From a virus (taxonomy: Duplodnaviria > Caudoviricetes): 29,644 nt of DNA. Below the pieces are notes generated by a model. The model worked only from the letters and a program-made list of their open reading frames with translations, had not been told where the DNA came from and made no database searches. Position 1 is the first letter of the stretch; every line of letters begins with the position of its first letter. The stretch is from positions 1 to 29,644 of IMG/VR virus record IMGVR_UViG_3300008255_000359; one strand, written 5' to 3'. Shown piece after piece: positions 8,638 to 15,682 of this stretch. A program made the translations under genes and the position numbers.

Positions 8638-8818
8638 TGAGATTTGGGCATACGATTTAGTATGTTCTTTACGCAAAGAGATGAATGAATGGTCTGCATC
8701 TCACGATGTTAAAGAAGTGCGATCTGGAAAGAGAAAAGTATTGGTTTTTGTTACTGATAATCGCACGAGTTTCAATGTAAGGAAGAACCTGAATGGTATG
8801 TTTCAAGTGCGGAAGTAA
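8621..8818 (+). CDS. Hypothetical protein
   Basis: ATG at 8621 (MDAIYNE...) overlaps the upstream gene end; fills the operon gap. Confidence 0.6.
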   Translation: MDAIYNEIWAYDLVCSLRKEMNEWSASHDVKEVRSGKRKVLVFVTDNRTSFNVRKNLNGMFQVRK

Positions 8819-9041
8819 ATGCCTTGTTGCTGAGACTCGGGAATACATACCTCCTGGAGAGTCTCAATTGAGTGAAATTCGTGTATATGTCTGCACGAAT
8901 TACGACTGTCTCACCTCATTCACTTATCGTAATACTTTTTTGAATGAGAATAAACGCCGAGACGTGAAAAAACATCTTGATGCGTATGAACGCATGAAGC
9001 AAAAACAACTAGAAAATCAAACGGATTTATTCGATGAGTAA
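8793..9041 (+). CDS. Ogr/Delta-like zinc-finger protein, candidate late-gene activator
   Basis: CFKCGS...VAETR...RVYVCTNYDCLTSF (C-x2-C...C-x4-C-x3-F). Confidence 0.6.
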   Translation: MVCFKCGSKCLVAETREYIPPGESQLSEIRVYVCTNYDCLTSFTYRNTFLNENKRRDVKKHLDAYERMKQKQLENQTDLFDE

Positions 9042-9858
9042 GGTTTTTAAAGCTATTGAAGATTTGGAAAAAGAGGTGCAACGTGTTCTTGCTGGAACGT
9101 ATGACGACCCTGCTTTAACTCAATTTGAGGAGGCTTTTATTGAGAATTTGATTCGTGTTGCTGGTGAAGTTTCTGATCAGTCTGCCGTTCGTGATGTGGT
9201 TGAGGCTGCCTTACGTGATTCAGCTGATTTTATTAATGAAGATTTGCTCACGAATATTCAATCTAATTTTAATGAGATTGTTGATACGGCAACTGATTTT
9301 TATACATCAGTTGGTGTGGTGATGCCGAATATTACTGAGGCTATTACGAATACTAGAGCAGCTAAAGCGCTTCGTAAATCATTTGAGAGCAATTTTGGAA
9401 GCGTGAAACAAGAGTTATTTGACGCTACGGTTCAGGCTTTTGAAAAGCAATTAGCTGAAGGTTCCTTGAATCGTGCTCTGTTAGAAGAGGCAATTCTTGA
9501 TGTGATTAAGAAACCAATGCACTATGCCAGGACAAATGCCAGGCTGGCAGTAAGCGGTTATAATCGTATTTGGCGTGATGGCGTGGCTCGTGAGGTCGGT
9601 TTAGATTGGGCGCTTTATTATGGTGATGCTCGTGTTAATACTCGTCCTTTCTGTCTTCGCTGTATTGGCAAAGTGTTTTCTCGTTTGGAAATTGAACAAA
9701 TGAGCAACGGACAAGGGCTTGATGTTGTTCATTATGCTGGTGGTTATAACTGCATTCATTCTTGGCTTTGGGTTGACCCTGCTTGGGATGAGGAGCTGGA
9801 AGCTGCTAAGTATAATGGTAAGATTGAGAGTGTTGATGGGCTTTCTGTACCAGAATAA
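9034..9858 (+). CDS. Minor head morphogenesis protein (Mu gpF / SPP1 gp7-like)
   Basis: YARTN, GDARVNTRPFC, GKVFS and GGYNCIHSW motifs. Confidence 0.72.
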   Translation: MSKVFKAIEDLEKEVQRVLAGTYDDPALTQFEEAFIENLIRVAGEVSDQSAVRDVVEAALRDSADFINEDLLTNIQSNFNEIVDTATDFYTSVGVVMPNITEAITNTRAAKALRKSFESNFGSVKQELFDATVQAFEKQLAEGSLNRALLEEAILDVIKKPMHYARTNARLAVSGYNRIWRDGVAREVGLDWALYYGDARVNTRPFCLRCIGKVFSRLEIEQMSNGQGLDVVHYAGGYNCIHSWLWVDPAWDEELEAAKYNGKIESVDGLSVPE

Positions 9859-9891
9859 TGTTGAATTATAAATTTTGAATGTTGAATTATG
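9857..9891 (+). repeat. Degenerate 7-bp tandem repeat, 5 copies, filling an intergenic gap
   Basis: AATGTTG AATTATA AATTTTG AATGTTG AATTATG. Confidence 0.75.
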
Positions 9892-10107
9892 AGTGAACGT
9901 GAATTTACTGTTGAGATAACAGAGAGTGATTTTGAATTGCTTGCAATGCTGTTAGAGAGACATGCGAAAGTATGTGCTAAGAATGCTAGAATGGCTCGTG
10001 AAAATGGCTATGGAAGTTCTACAAGTCTCAGTAAAGCTGATGACTGGAATGCTAAAGCTGAGCAGTGTTTTTTCCTGACTCAGAAACTAACCGAAAATGC
10101 AAATTGA
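9889..10107 (+). CDS. Hypothetical protein
   Basis: 72-aa ORF in operon orientation. Confidence 0.6.
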   Translation: MSEREFTVEITESDFELLAMLLERHAKVCAKNARMARENGYGSSTSLSKADDWNAKAEQCFFLTQKLTENAN

Positions 10108-10119
10108 AAGGAAAGTAAA

Positions 10120-10266
10120 ATGATTGGACCAGATGCAGGGCTGTTTATTGCTTTTTTACTTCTATTCTCTTTTGGAGCATGCGTTGCTTACATGATAGCA
10201 GCTGTAATCAAATTAATGATTGATCTAATTAAATACTGGATTGAGGACTATCATGACAATAATTGA
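10120..10266 (+). CDS. Small membrane protein (48 aa), not in the ORF track
   Basis: MIGPDAGLFIAFLLLFSFGACVAYMIAAVIKLMIDLIKYWIEDYHDNN; AAGGA upstream. Confidence 0.6.
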   Translation: MIGPDAGLFIAFLLLFSFGACVAYMIAAVIKLMIDLIKYWIEDYHDNN

Positions 10267-10417
10267 ATTTGTGAAAATGGTAAAAGACATGAGAACGGCT
10301 CAGACAAATTATTTCGACACTCGCGAAAAAGAGTGGTTGGTGAAAAGTAAGGAGCTTGAAAAAGCAGTTGACAAAGCTATTGCCGATCGTGAAGAAAGGA
10401 AAAGGAAAAATGGCTGA
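10253..10417 (+). CDS. Small phage protein (54 aa), not in the ORF track
   Basis: MTIIEFVKMVKDMRTAQTNYFDTREKEWLVKSKELEKAVDKAIADREERKRKNG; GAGGA RBS; overlaps both neighbours. Confidence 0.75.
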   Translation: MTIIEFVKMVKDMRTAQTNYFDTREKEWLVKSKELEKAVDKAIADREERKRKNG

Positions 10418-10967
10418 TCTATACACCGCTGCTGAAGTACTTTTTTTAAAAGACAATTTTGCCAGTATGCCTATTGCTGAAATTGCTGAAGAACTTGGCA
10501 GAACAGAGTCGGGCATTTTGGGAAAAGCTAAAAAGCTGAAGCTTAGAAGACCGCACAATGGCCAATTTAAAAAGGGAAATGTACCTGCAAATAAGGGTAA
10601 GAAATTCCCAGGACAGATTAACCGAACCTGTTTTAAAAAAGGCAATTTGCCTCATAATACACTGCCAGTTGGTACAATTATCACAGATCATTATGGCTAT
10701 TTGAAAAAGAAATTAGCTCATAAAAAATGGGAGTTTTTGCACCGCCTTGTATGGATTGAAAACAATGGGCCTATCCCTGAAGGTATGCTCATTACGTTTA
10801 AAGATGGAAGTTCTCTTAACTGCTCAATCGAGAACTTGGAAATGATTGACACTGTTGAAAATGTACTTCGCAATAGTGTTAAACAAGAGCCTGAAGAATT
10901 ACAAGAAGTAAGTTATTTAACTAGAAAACTAAACATGGAGATCAATCGAAAATGGGAAAAAAAGTAA
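10410..10967 (+). CDS. HNH endonuclease-family protein with N-terminal DNA-binding repeats
   Basis: GQFKKGNVPANKG and CFKKGNLPHN repeats; HRLVW...GPIPEG...FKDG...NCSIENL; ATG at 10410 preferred over 10356. Confidence 0.85.
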   Translation: MADLYTAAEVLFLKDNFASMPIAEIAEELGRTESGILGKAKKLKLRRPHNGQFKKGNVPANKGKKFPGQINRTCFKKGNLPHNTLPVGTIITDHYGYLKKKLAHKKWEFLHRLVWIENNGPIPEGMLITFKDGSSLNCSIENLEMIDTVENVLRNSVKQEPEELQEVSYLTRKLNMEINRKWEKK

Positions 10968-11209
10968 CCCTTGCAGATTTAAGAGATCACCTTTTCGAGA
11001 CTATTGAGCTCGTTAAGGATGAAGAGTCAAGTATGACAGAGACTAAGGCTAAGGTTGTGGCTACCTTGGCGCAGACAATCATTAACTCAGCTAATACAGA
11101 GCTGAAGTACATGGAAATGATGGAGAAAACGACTAATAGCGATTTTTTCCCAGAACTGGAGGAAAAGAAAGTGAATCCTAATCATAAACGCTTATATGCT
11201 CATGGCTGA
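10952..11209 (+). CDS. Hypothetical phage protein following the HNH gene
   Basis: LADLRDHLFETIE...AKVVATLAQTIINSA; coupled to the HNH gene. Confidence 0.7.
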   Translation: MGKKVTLADLRDHLFETIELVKDEESSMTETKAKVVATLAQTIINSANTELKYMEMMEKTTNSDFFPELEEKKVNPNHKRLYAHG

Positions 11210-11633
11210 AATTAATGAAGATCAATTGGCTGACCTGTTGCTCAAGTTTATATCTAACGACTTGGAGAATGTTAAAAAGCTTAAAAAACAGATGGACAAG
11301 AAACAAGCTTTACGCTTGGTACACCTCTATTCTCGTGATGAGATTAGAGAGACGCTGTTGGAAATGGAAAATCATTTGCCTTTAGCGCGAAAATATAGCT
11401 CCGTTTCCTTAACTTTGGAACAATGGATTAAACTTAAACAAAAGAAAGCTGCTTTAGGGCAACGTTCTAAAATGCCAGTCGTGAATGTGAATCAGTTGTT
11501 TACGTACCAGGAAGCTCTTGATTATTGCCATAAGGCGCACGGTAATTTGGCTCTTCAGGATTATTTCGATTCTCATAAAGATGCGAACGGCAAAACTTAT
11601 TTTAAACTCAAAAGAAAAGGCTTAAACTCATGA
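11202..11633 (+). CDS. Hypothetical protein (start 11196 or 11202)
   Basis: ORF coupled on both sides. Confidence 0.7.
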   Translation: MAEINEDQLADLLLKFISNDLENVKKLKKQMDKKQALRLVHLYSRDEIRETLLEMENHLPLARKYSSVSLTLEQWIKLKQKKAALGQRSKMPVVNVNQLFTYQEALDYCHKAHGNLALQDYFDSHKDANGKTYFKLKRKGLNS

Positions 11634-12160
11634 AAACTCTATTAATCATATTCTTGTTTATTCCTGTTTTGGCACAGGCTCAAAGCTCAACATTAATTGA
11701 AAAATATCCTGAAATGGATACGCTAAAAACGATTGACGAGGCTCCAGTAATGGCCAGTTCTAATCCTGATGCAGCTATTCGTAAGACCTTAAAAGTTGGC
11801 ACTACTGTTTACGGTGTTAAATTACAACGTGGTTATTTTGTAACGGTTGACGAGAATGGTGAATTTCTTGGATTTATTGATGCAGCCTTGGTACAAAATT
11901 TATCGAAAGTTCCTCTAACTGAAAGCTATGCTGCTCCAGTAGATATTGCGCCTTTCGAGAATAAAGAGCAGGAAGGTGATGATATGAAAGCTTTGATTGC
12001 TGAATTAAAAGCTACAAGAGAAGAAGAAAAAAGGCGTGACGAAAACAAGTCTATAAATCGCGGTTTGCAGACCGTTGCATTATACCTTATTGCAGCTGGA
12101 GTTATTTGGTACGCTTCAACATTTCAGAAGATGTACGATAAGACATACCCTAATAACTAA
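11630..12160 (+). CDS. Exported protein with signal peptide, SH3-like segment and C-terminal membrane anchor
   Basis: MKTLLIIFLFIPVLAQA signal peptide; IRKTLKVGTTV...GYFV...GFID; C-terminal VALYLIAAGVIWYA. Confidence 0.65.
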   Translation: MKTLLIIFLFIPVLAQAQSSTLIEKYPEMDTLKTIDEAPVMASSNPDAAIRKTLKVGTTVYGVKLQRGYFVTVDENGEFLGFIDAALVQNLSKVPLTESYAAPVDIAPFENKEQEGDDMKALIAELKATREEEKRRDENKSINRGLQTVALYLIAAGVIWYASTFQKMYDKTYPNN

Positions 12161-12165
12161 TTCAT

Positions 12166-12185
12166 GCCCCGAAAGGGGCTTCTTT
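12166..12185 (+). terminator. Rho-independent terminator ending the early operon
   Basis: GCCCC-GAAA-GGGGC followed by TTCTTT. Confidence 0.8.
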
Positions 12186-12202
12186 GTCTAACTCTTTAAA
12201 AC

Positions 12203-12231
12203 TTGACTTTTATGCAAAATACATATACCAT
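12203..12231 (+). promoter_or_regulatory. Sigma70-type promoter of the antirepressor cassette
   Basis: TTGACT-17 bp-TACCAT. Confidence 0.75.
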
Positions 12232-12270
12232 TGAAATGTCGTTCCCAACGATTACAAATACAGAATCAAT

Positions 12271-12292
12271 AAGCCATTCTGTGGCTTTTTTT
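12271..12292 (+). terminator. Leader terminator or attenuator hairpin
   Basis: AAGCCA-TTCTG-TGGCTT plus T run, between the promoter and the structured RNA. Confidence 0.6.
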
Positions 12293-12318
12293 GTTTATAG
12301 CAAATAAAGTTCATTAAC

Positions 12319-12385
12319 TGAGTGGCGTGACTGGTAACCAATCCAGTCAGTGTTTATGTATTTGAGCACTTGGGAGCGCCACTCA
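12319..12385 (+). ncRNA. C4/CI-like antisense RNA (P1 c4 / P4 CI architecture)
   Basis: Closing stem TGAGTGGCG/CGCCACTCA with two inner hairpins; TGTATTTG and TTGGGAG are complementary to upstream TTCCCAA...CAAATACA and downstream CTCCCAA...TCAAATA. Confidence 0.75.
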
Positions 12386-12417
12386 CTTAAATTTAAACTC
12401 CCAAAAAATCAAATATT

Positions 12418-13029
12418 ATGAATTCCAATCTTTCCCTTTCTTTCTCATTTAACAATAATGAGATTCAAGTTGTCGGCGACCCTAATTCTCCTCTCTTTGT
12501 TGCCGCACACGTTGCCCAGGCTTTGGGTTTTGACAAGCCAGATAACGCTTATCGTATGCTTGATGATGATGAAAAGTACCCTCACATTGTGAGGGGAAGT
12601 TATGGCGAAAAAGAAATGATTTGTGTGAACGAATCGGGCTTGTACAACCTCATTTTTAAATCAAGAAAACCCGAAGCGCAAGCGTTTCGCAAATGGGTAA
12701 CTTCAGAAGTTTTACCTTCGATTCGCAAAACGGGCGGTTATGCTTTAGACGTAGTTACAAAATCGACATCACATGCAGATTTAGCTATATCGCTTTTACA
12801 AGATAAGGTTAAGTTGATTGAACACATTATGCAGTTAAAAGAAGATAATGTTGAACTTCAGCGTAGTGTTATTCGCAAGAAAAGAAACGGTAATAAACTC
12901 ACTGATACTGATATTGAAAAGGCTGTTTCTTTGTTTTTAGATGGGTTCTCTTGTGAAGCAATAGCTATCCAGTTAGGTACATCTTCTCGCACAGTTAGAA
13001 GAAGATTAGACGAGAGGGGAGTACGTTAA
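12418..13029 (+). CDS. Bro-N domain antirepressor with C-terminal HTH
   Basis: PLFVAAHVAQALG, VNESGLYNLIFKSRKPEAQAFRKWVTSEVLPSIRKTGGY; C-terminal IAIQLGTSSRTVRR. Confidence 0.93.
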   Translation: MNSNLSLSFSFNNNEIQVVGDPNSPLFVAAHVAQALGFDKPDNAYRMLDDDEKYPHIVRGSYGEKEMICVNESGLYNLIFKSRKPEAQAFRKWVTSEVLPSIRKTGGYALDVVTKSTSHADLAISLLQDKVKLIEHIMQLKEDNVELQRSVIRKKRNGNKLTDTDIEKAVSLFLDGFSCEAIAIQLGTSSRTVRRRLDERGVR

Positions 13030-13030
13030 T

Positions 13031-13216
13031 ATGGCAGAAAAAAAACCACAACCCGTTACTCATCAATTAGAGTACAAGTCTTTTGTAATCCTCAAATCTA
13101 TGGTTTTTATGGCCATGCAAAAACTAAGAGAGGATGACGAAGAGTTAGAAATGGGTTTATACTTCGCATGGGAAGACTTCGAGAAGGAAGTAAAACAGAA
13201 ACAATTATCCAACTAA
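13031..13216 (+). CDS. Hypothetical protein
   Basis: GGGGAG RBS; ends just before the terminator. Confidence 0.6.
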   Translation: MAEKKPQPVTHQLEYKSFVILKSMVFMAMQKLREDDEELEMGLYFAWEDFEKEVKQKQLSN

Positions 13217-13219
13217 ACG

Positions 13220-13250
13220 AAAGCCTGAGCGATTAACTCAGGCTTTTTTT
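13220..13250. terminator. Terminator between convergent units, possibly bidirectional
   Basis: AAAGCCTGAG-CGATTAA-CTCAGGCTTT plus T run. Confidence 0.8.
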
Positions 13251-13650
13251 ATTTAGAGACTCGAATAATGATAACAATGAACGCGATTAAAAAGACAATG
13301 ATCAAATACAGCTCTAAGGGTTTTTCTTTAATGATTTTGGTGTCTTTTTCTTTTATCGTGATTGTTTTTTGTTCTATGGGTATGAGCGCGGTGTCGGGTT
13401 TAATAGCAGCTATTACGGTTATAGAATCCCCTGCAGCTGCATAGTGAAATCGAATTAGTTTGATGCTTAGTTTTTCATCTTCGATTAGAACTGTATCACT
13501 TAGGATTACGTCTTTTTTTAGCGCGTAGGACGCTCGTGGAACGGAAACGAATACTGTGTCGATTCTTTCGGTTTGAGTTCGTGTGCGCTCAATTGTGTTG
13601 CAACTGGCGATGAATAGGATTAAGAGGAATAGTTTTTTAAGTGTTCGCAC
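13249..13650 (-). CDS. Lipoprotein with C-terminal TM helix, unimolecular-spanin candidate
   Basis: MRTLKKLFLLILFIASC lipobox; beta-rich body; LYLIIVFLIAFIVIII-RVSK C-terminus. Confidence 0.65.
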   Translation of the reverse strand: MRTLKKLFLLILFIASCNTIERTRTQTERIDTVFVSVPRASYALKKDVILSDTVLIEDEKLSIKLIRFHYAAAGDSITVIAAIKPDTALIPIEQKTITIKEKDTKIIKEKPLELYLIIVFLIAFIVIIIRVSK

Positions 13651-14128
13651 GATTAATACTTTTGCCTATTCTCGTTTTCAGATTACTGATCACTCTATCA
13701 GATTCGGCGTCTGTTAGTCCGATGTGTCTGTACCGGACTTTTGTTTTTCCTGCTCCTTCGTCATCTAGCCAGATACCAATTTGGCGTGCCCTGGCTTCGC
13801 TGTTCTCGAGGTAGCCAACTTCTAGTGTCAACTCTGTATTGTTGCTTTCTGCTTTGCCTTTTATGCTTTCTAGTACTCCGACATCACCCATAAAAAGGGT
13901 GACGCGTTCGGTTGGTAGACCAAGTTTTTTTCTTAATCGAGCGTGGCCAGCTGAGTATTTTGCAGGAGTTTTTGAACCTTCTAGGAATTTCCCCTTTCTG
14001 GTTCTGAGCAAAATAATTCCTTGCACTTCTGCCATAATTGCTTTGGCATCTTTCTCGGTTAAGGCATCTTTTACAGCAACCTCTAAGCGTTTTTTTACGC
14101 GATCTACATCGGCTTGATTTATATTCAT
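13637..14128 (-). CDS. Virion morphogenesis protein (Mu gpG / neck-like)
   Basis: Basic 163-aa protein with RTRKGK...YSAGHARLRKK...RHIGLT; two genes downstream of the portal. Confidence 0.55.
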   Translation of the reverse strand: MNINQADVDRVKKRLEVAVKDALTEKDAKAIMAEVQGIILLRTRKGKFLEGSKTPAKYSAGHARLRKKLGLPTERVTLFMGDVGVLESIKGKAESNNTELTLEVGYLENSEARARQIGIWLDDEGAGKTKVRYRHIGLTDAESDRVISNLKTRIGKSINRANT

Positions 14129-14433
14129 AGTTTTTCTCTTAGGCTCAATTCGCGCTTTTGAAACTTCCCATTTTTCATCATAATTATAATTCTATGATGA
14201 TTTATTAATGTAATTTCGTCAGGAAGTTTCATGTGCTGAAAAACCTTTTCAACTGCATTGTTAAATATTTGTAATTCACTTTCTGCAAATCTCAATTTTT
14301 CTTGTGCAACTTCAATATCGCTTTGTGCAACTCTTATTTTATGAATTAGAAAGAGTATAGCTTTCCGCGCTTCCTGTTCGTCACTTTGAATTTTAGAAAC
14401 AATGTTGCTGTATGAATAATCGTCTTGAAACAT
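14125..14433 (-). CDS. Hypothetical coiled-coil protein
   Basis: Coupled to the portal (TGATG) and to the next gene; AT-rich. Confidence 0.6.
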   Translation of the reverse strand: MFQDDYSYSNIVSKIQSDEQEARKAILFLIHKIRVAQSDIEVAQEKLRFAESELQIFNNAVEKVFQHMKLPDEITLINHHRIIIMMKNGKFQKRELSLREKL

Positions 14434-15680
14434 CAGAATAAGCCTCCTAGATTTGCCTGAACAGCAATCGTATCTTCAGGTTCTGAAGGTTCAATGAGTT
14501 CAGCTTTTTTGTAGTATTGTTTTTTACTCAAGGGTACTTTTTTGCCAGCTTCATTCATTGCTCGAACCGTGTTCAAGATGTCTGAGTCGCTTTTTGGTTT
14601 TAGTACAAAATCACATAATAATTGACCTTTAAAGTTCAGGTCTGCGATTGGTTGCATAAGCTTTCTGCGAATGTTTCGGCTTACTTTTTTAGACAACATT
14701 AGAGCCACATCAAGGCGAATTCCATTCGTTGTTTTAGCTGCTCCATTTGAACCGTGTGAACTTCCTGCAATGTTATCTGTTAGCGATTCGGATTTAATCA
14801 CTTTAGAAATTGCGTTATCCAGCTTGTTCCAAAATGCCTCGTAGGTTTCGGCGCTTGAGGTTTTGTTAGCTTCAGGAAATTCAATAGTGTCGTTCTGCCC
14901 AATTACAGCACGGCTATCTGATGCCATATTCATCACGGCTTCTTTTACGACCTTTGAGTCACCTCCTGGTCCTGTTTTGCCAAGGATTAAAGGTTGTGCA
15001 AATACTTCGTTAAAGCCTGCCCAATCTTCAACGTCATAGTACTTGAAGACTGCCAAACGTGCCACTGCTGCACCTTTTCCATACGCTGTAAAATCGATGT
15101 CTTGGTAAGAAATAATCTTACGCTCACTGTTCACTAAAACTGCACCAATGGGCAATTCATGTAAGGCTGAGTCTCCAATAAATAAACTCGTACACTCATC
15201 TTGCTTGTTTACTTTTCGTGCAAAAATCCATGATTGAGGAAGTATCTCATACGTGATTGGTGCAAGAATAGAACGGCCTTGGTAGTTGTTTACTTCCCAG
15301 GATTCGGCAGGAAATGTTACAGCTGTGAATCCAAAATAGTGTGCCGTAATGAGGTGTTCAATCATTGCCTCAATATCAAGATCATCAAAGATTTCTTGAA
15401 ATATAGCTGCCTGAATTACACCTGCCTCACCAGCGTCTTCACGAGGCATCACATTTATGCCTCCAGATAGAACACCTGAAGTAAGCTGTTGCATGGCTGA
15501 CCCGATTTGATCGTCGAAGCGTAACATGTGTTCAAGAATCGCATAATATTTATCGGGCAATCCTGTCTGTGCAGCTTTCCATGCACGTTGAAAATCGTAC
15601 GGTTTAATTGCCATAGGCAAACGAATAGGTGTACGAACGCCTGATTTAGTAACTGTTGTTTTGCTTGGGTTTGTGTTCAT
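14433..15680 (-). CDS. Portal protein (DUF935 / Mu gp29 family)
   Basis: KYYDVEDWAGFNEVFAQPLILGK, ISKVIKSESLT; follows terL. Confidence 0.88.
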   Translation of the reverse strand: MNTNPSKTTVTKSGVRTPIRLPMAIKPYDFQRAWKAAQTGLPDKYYAILEHMLRFDDQIGSAMQQLTSGVLSGGINVMPREDAGEAGVIQAAIFQEIFDDLDIEAMIEHLITAHYFGFTAVTFPAESWEVNNYQGRSILAPITYEILPQSWIFARKVNKQDECTSLFIGDSALHELPIGAVLVNSERKIISYQDIDFTAYGKGAAVARLAVFKYYDVEDWAGFNEVFAQPLILGKTGPGGDSKVVKEAVMNMASDSRAVIGQNDTIEFPEANKTSSAETYEAFWNKLDNAISKVIKSESLTDNIAGSSHGSNGAAKTTNGIRLDVALMLSKKVSRNIRRKLMQPIADLNFKGQLLCDFVLKPKSDSDILNTVRAMNEAGKKVPLSKKQYYKKAELIEPSEPEDTIAVQANLGGLF

Positions 15681-15682
15681 TT

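Noticed and set aside
10253-10417. Firm host assignment
   Set aside because: This small protein recalls Bacteroidota-type phage proteins, but canonical -35/-10 promoters and SD motifs are also present; not decidable without searches.
4014-10691. Minus-strand ORFs in the early region (4014, 4332, 5775, 6933, 7518, 7778, 8239, 8346, 10229, 10446) and nested 6871 (+)
   Set aside because: Shadows of well-supported + strand genes, with no motifs.
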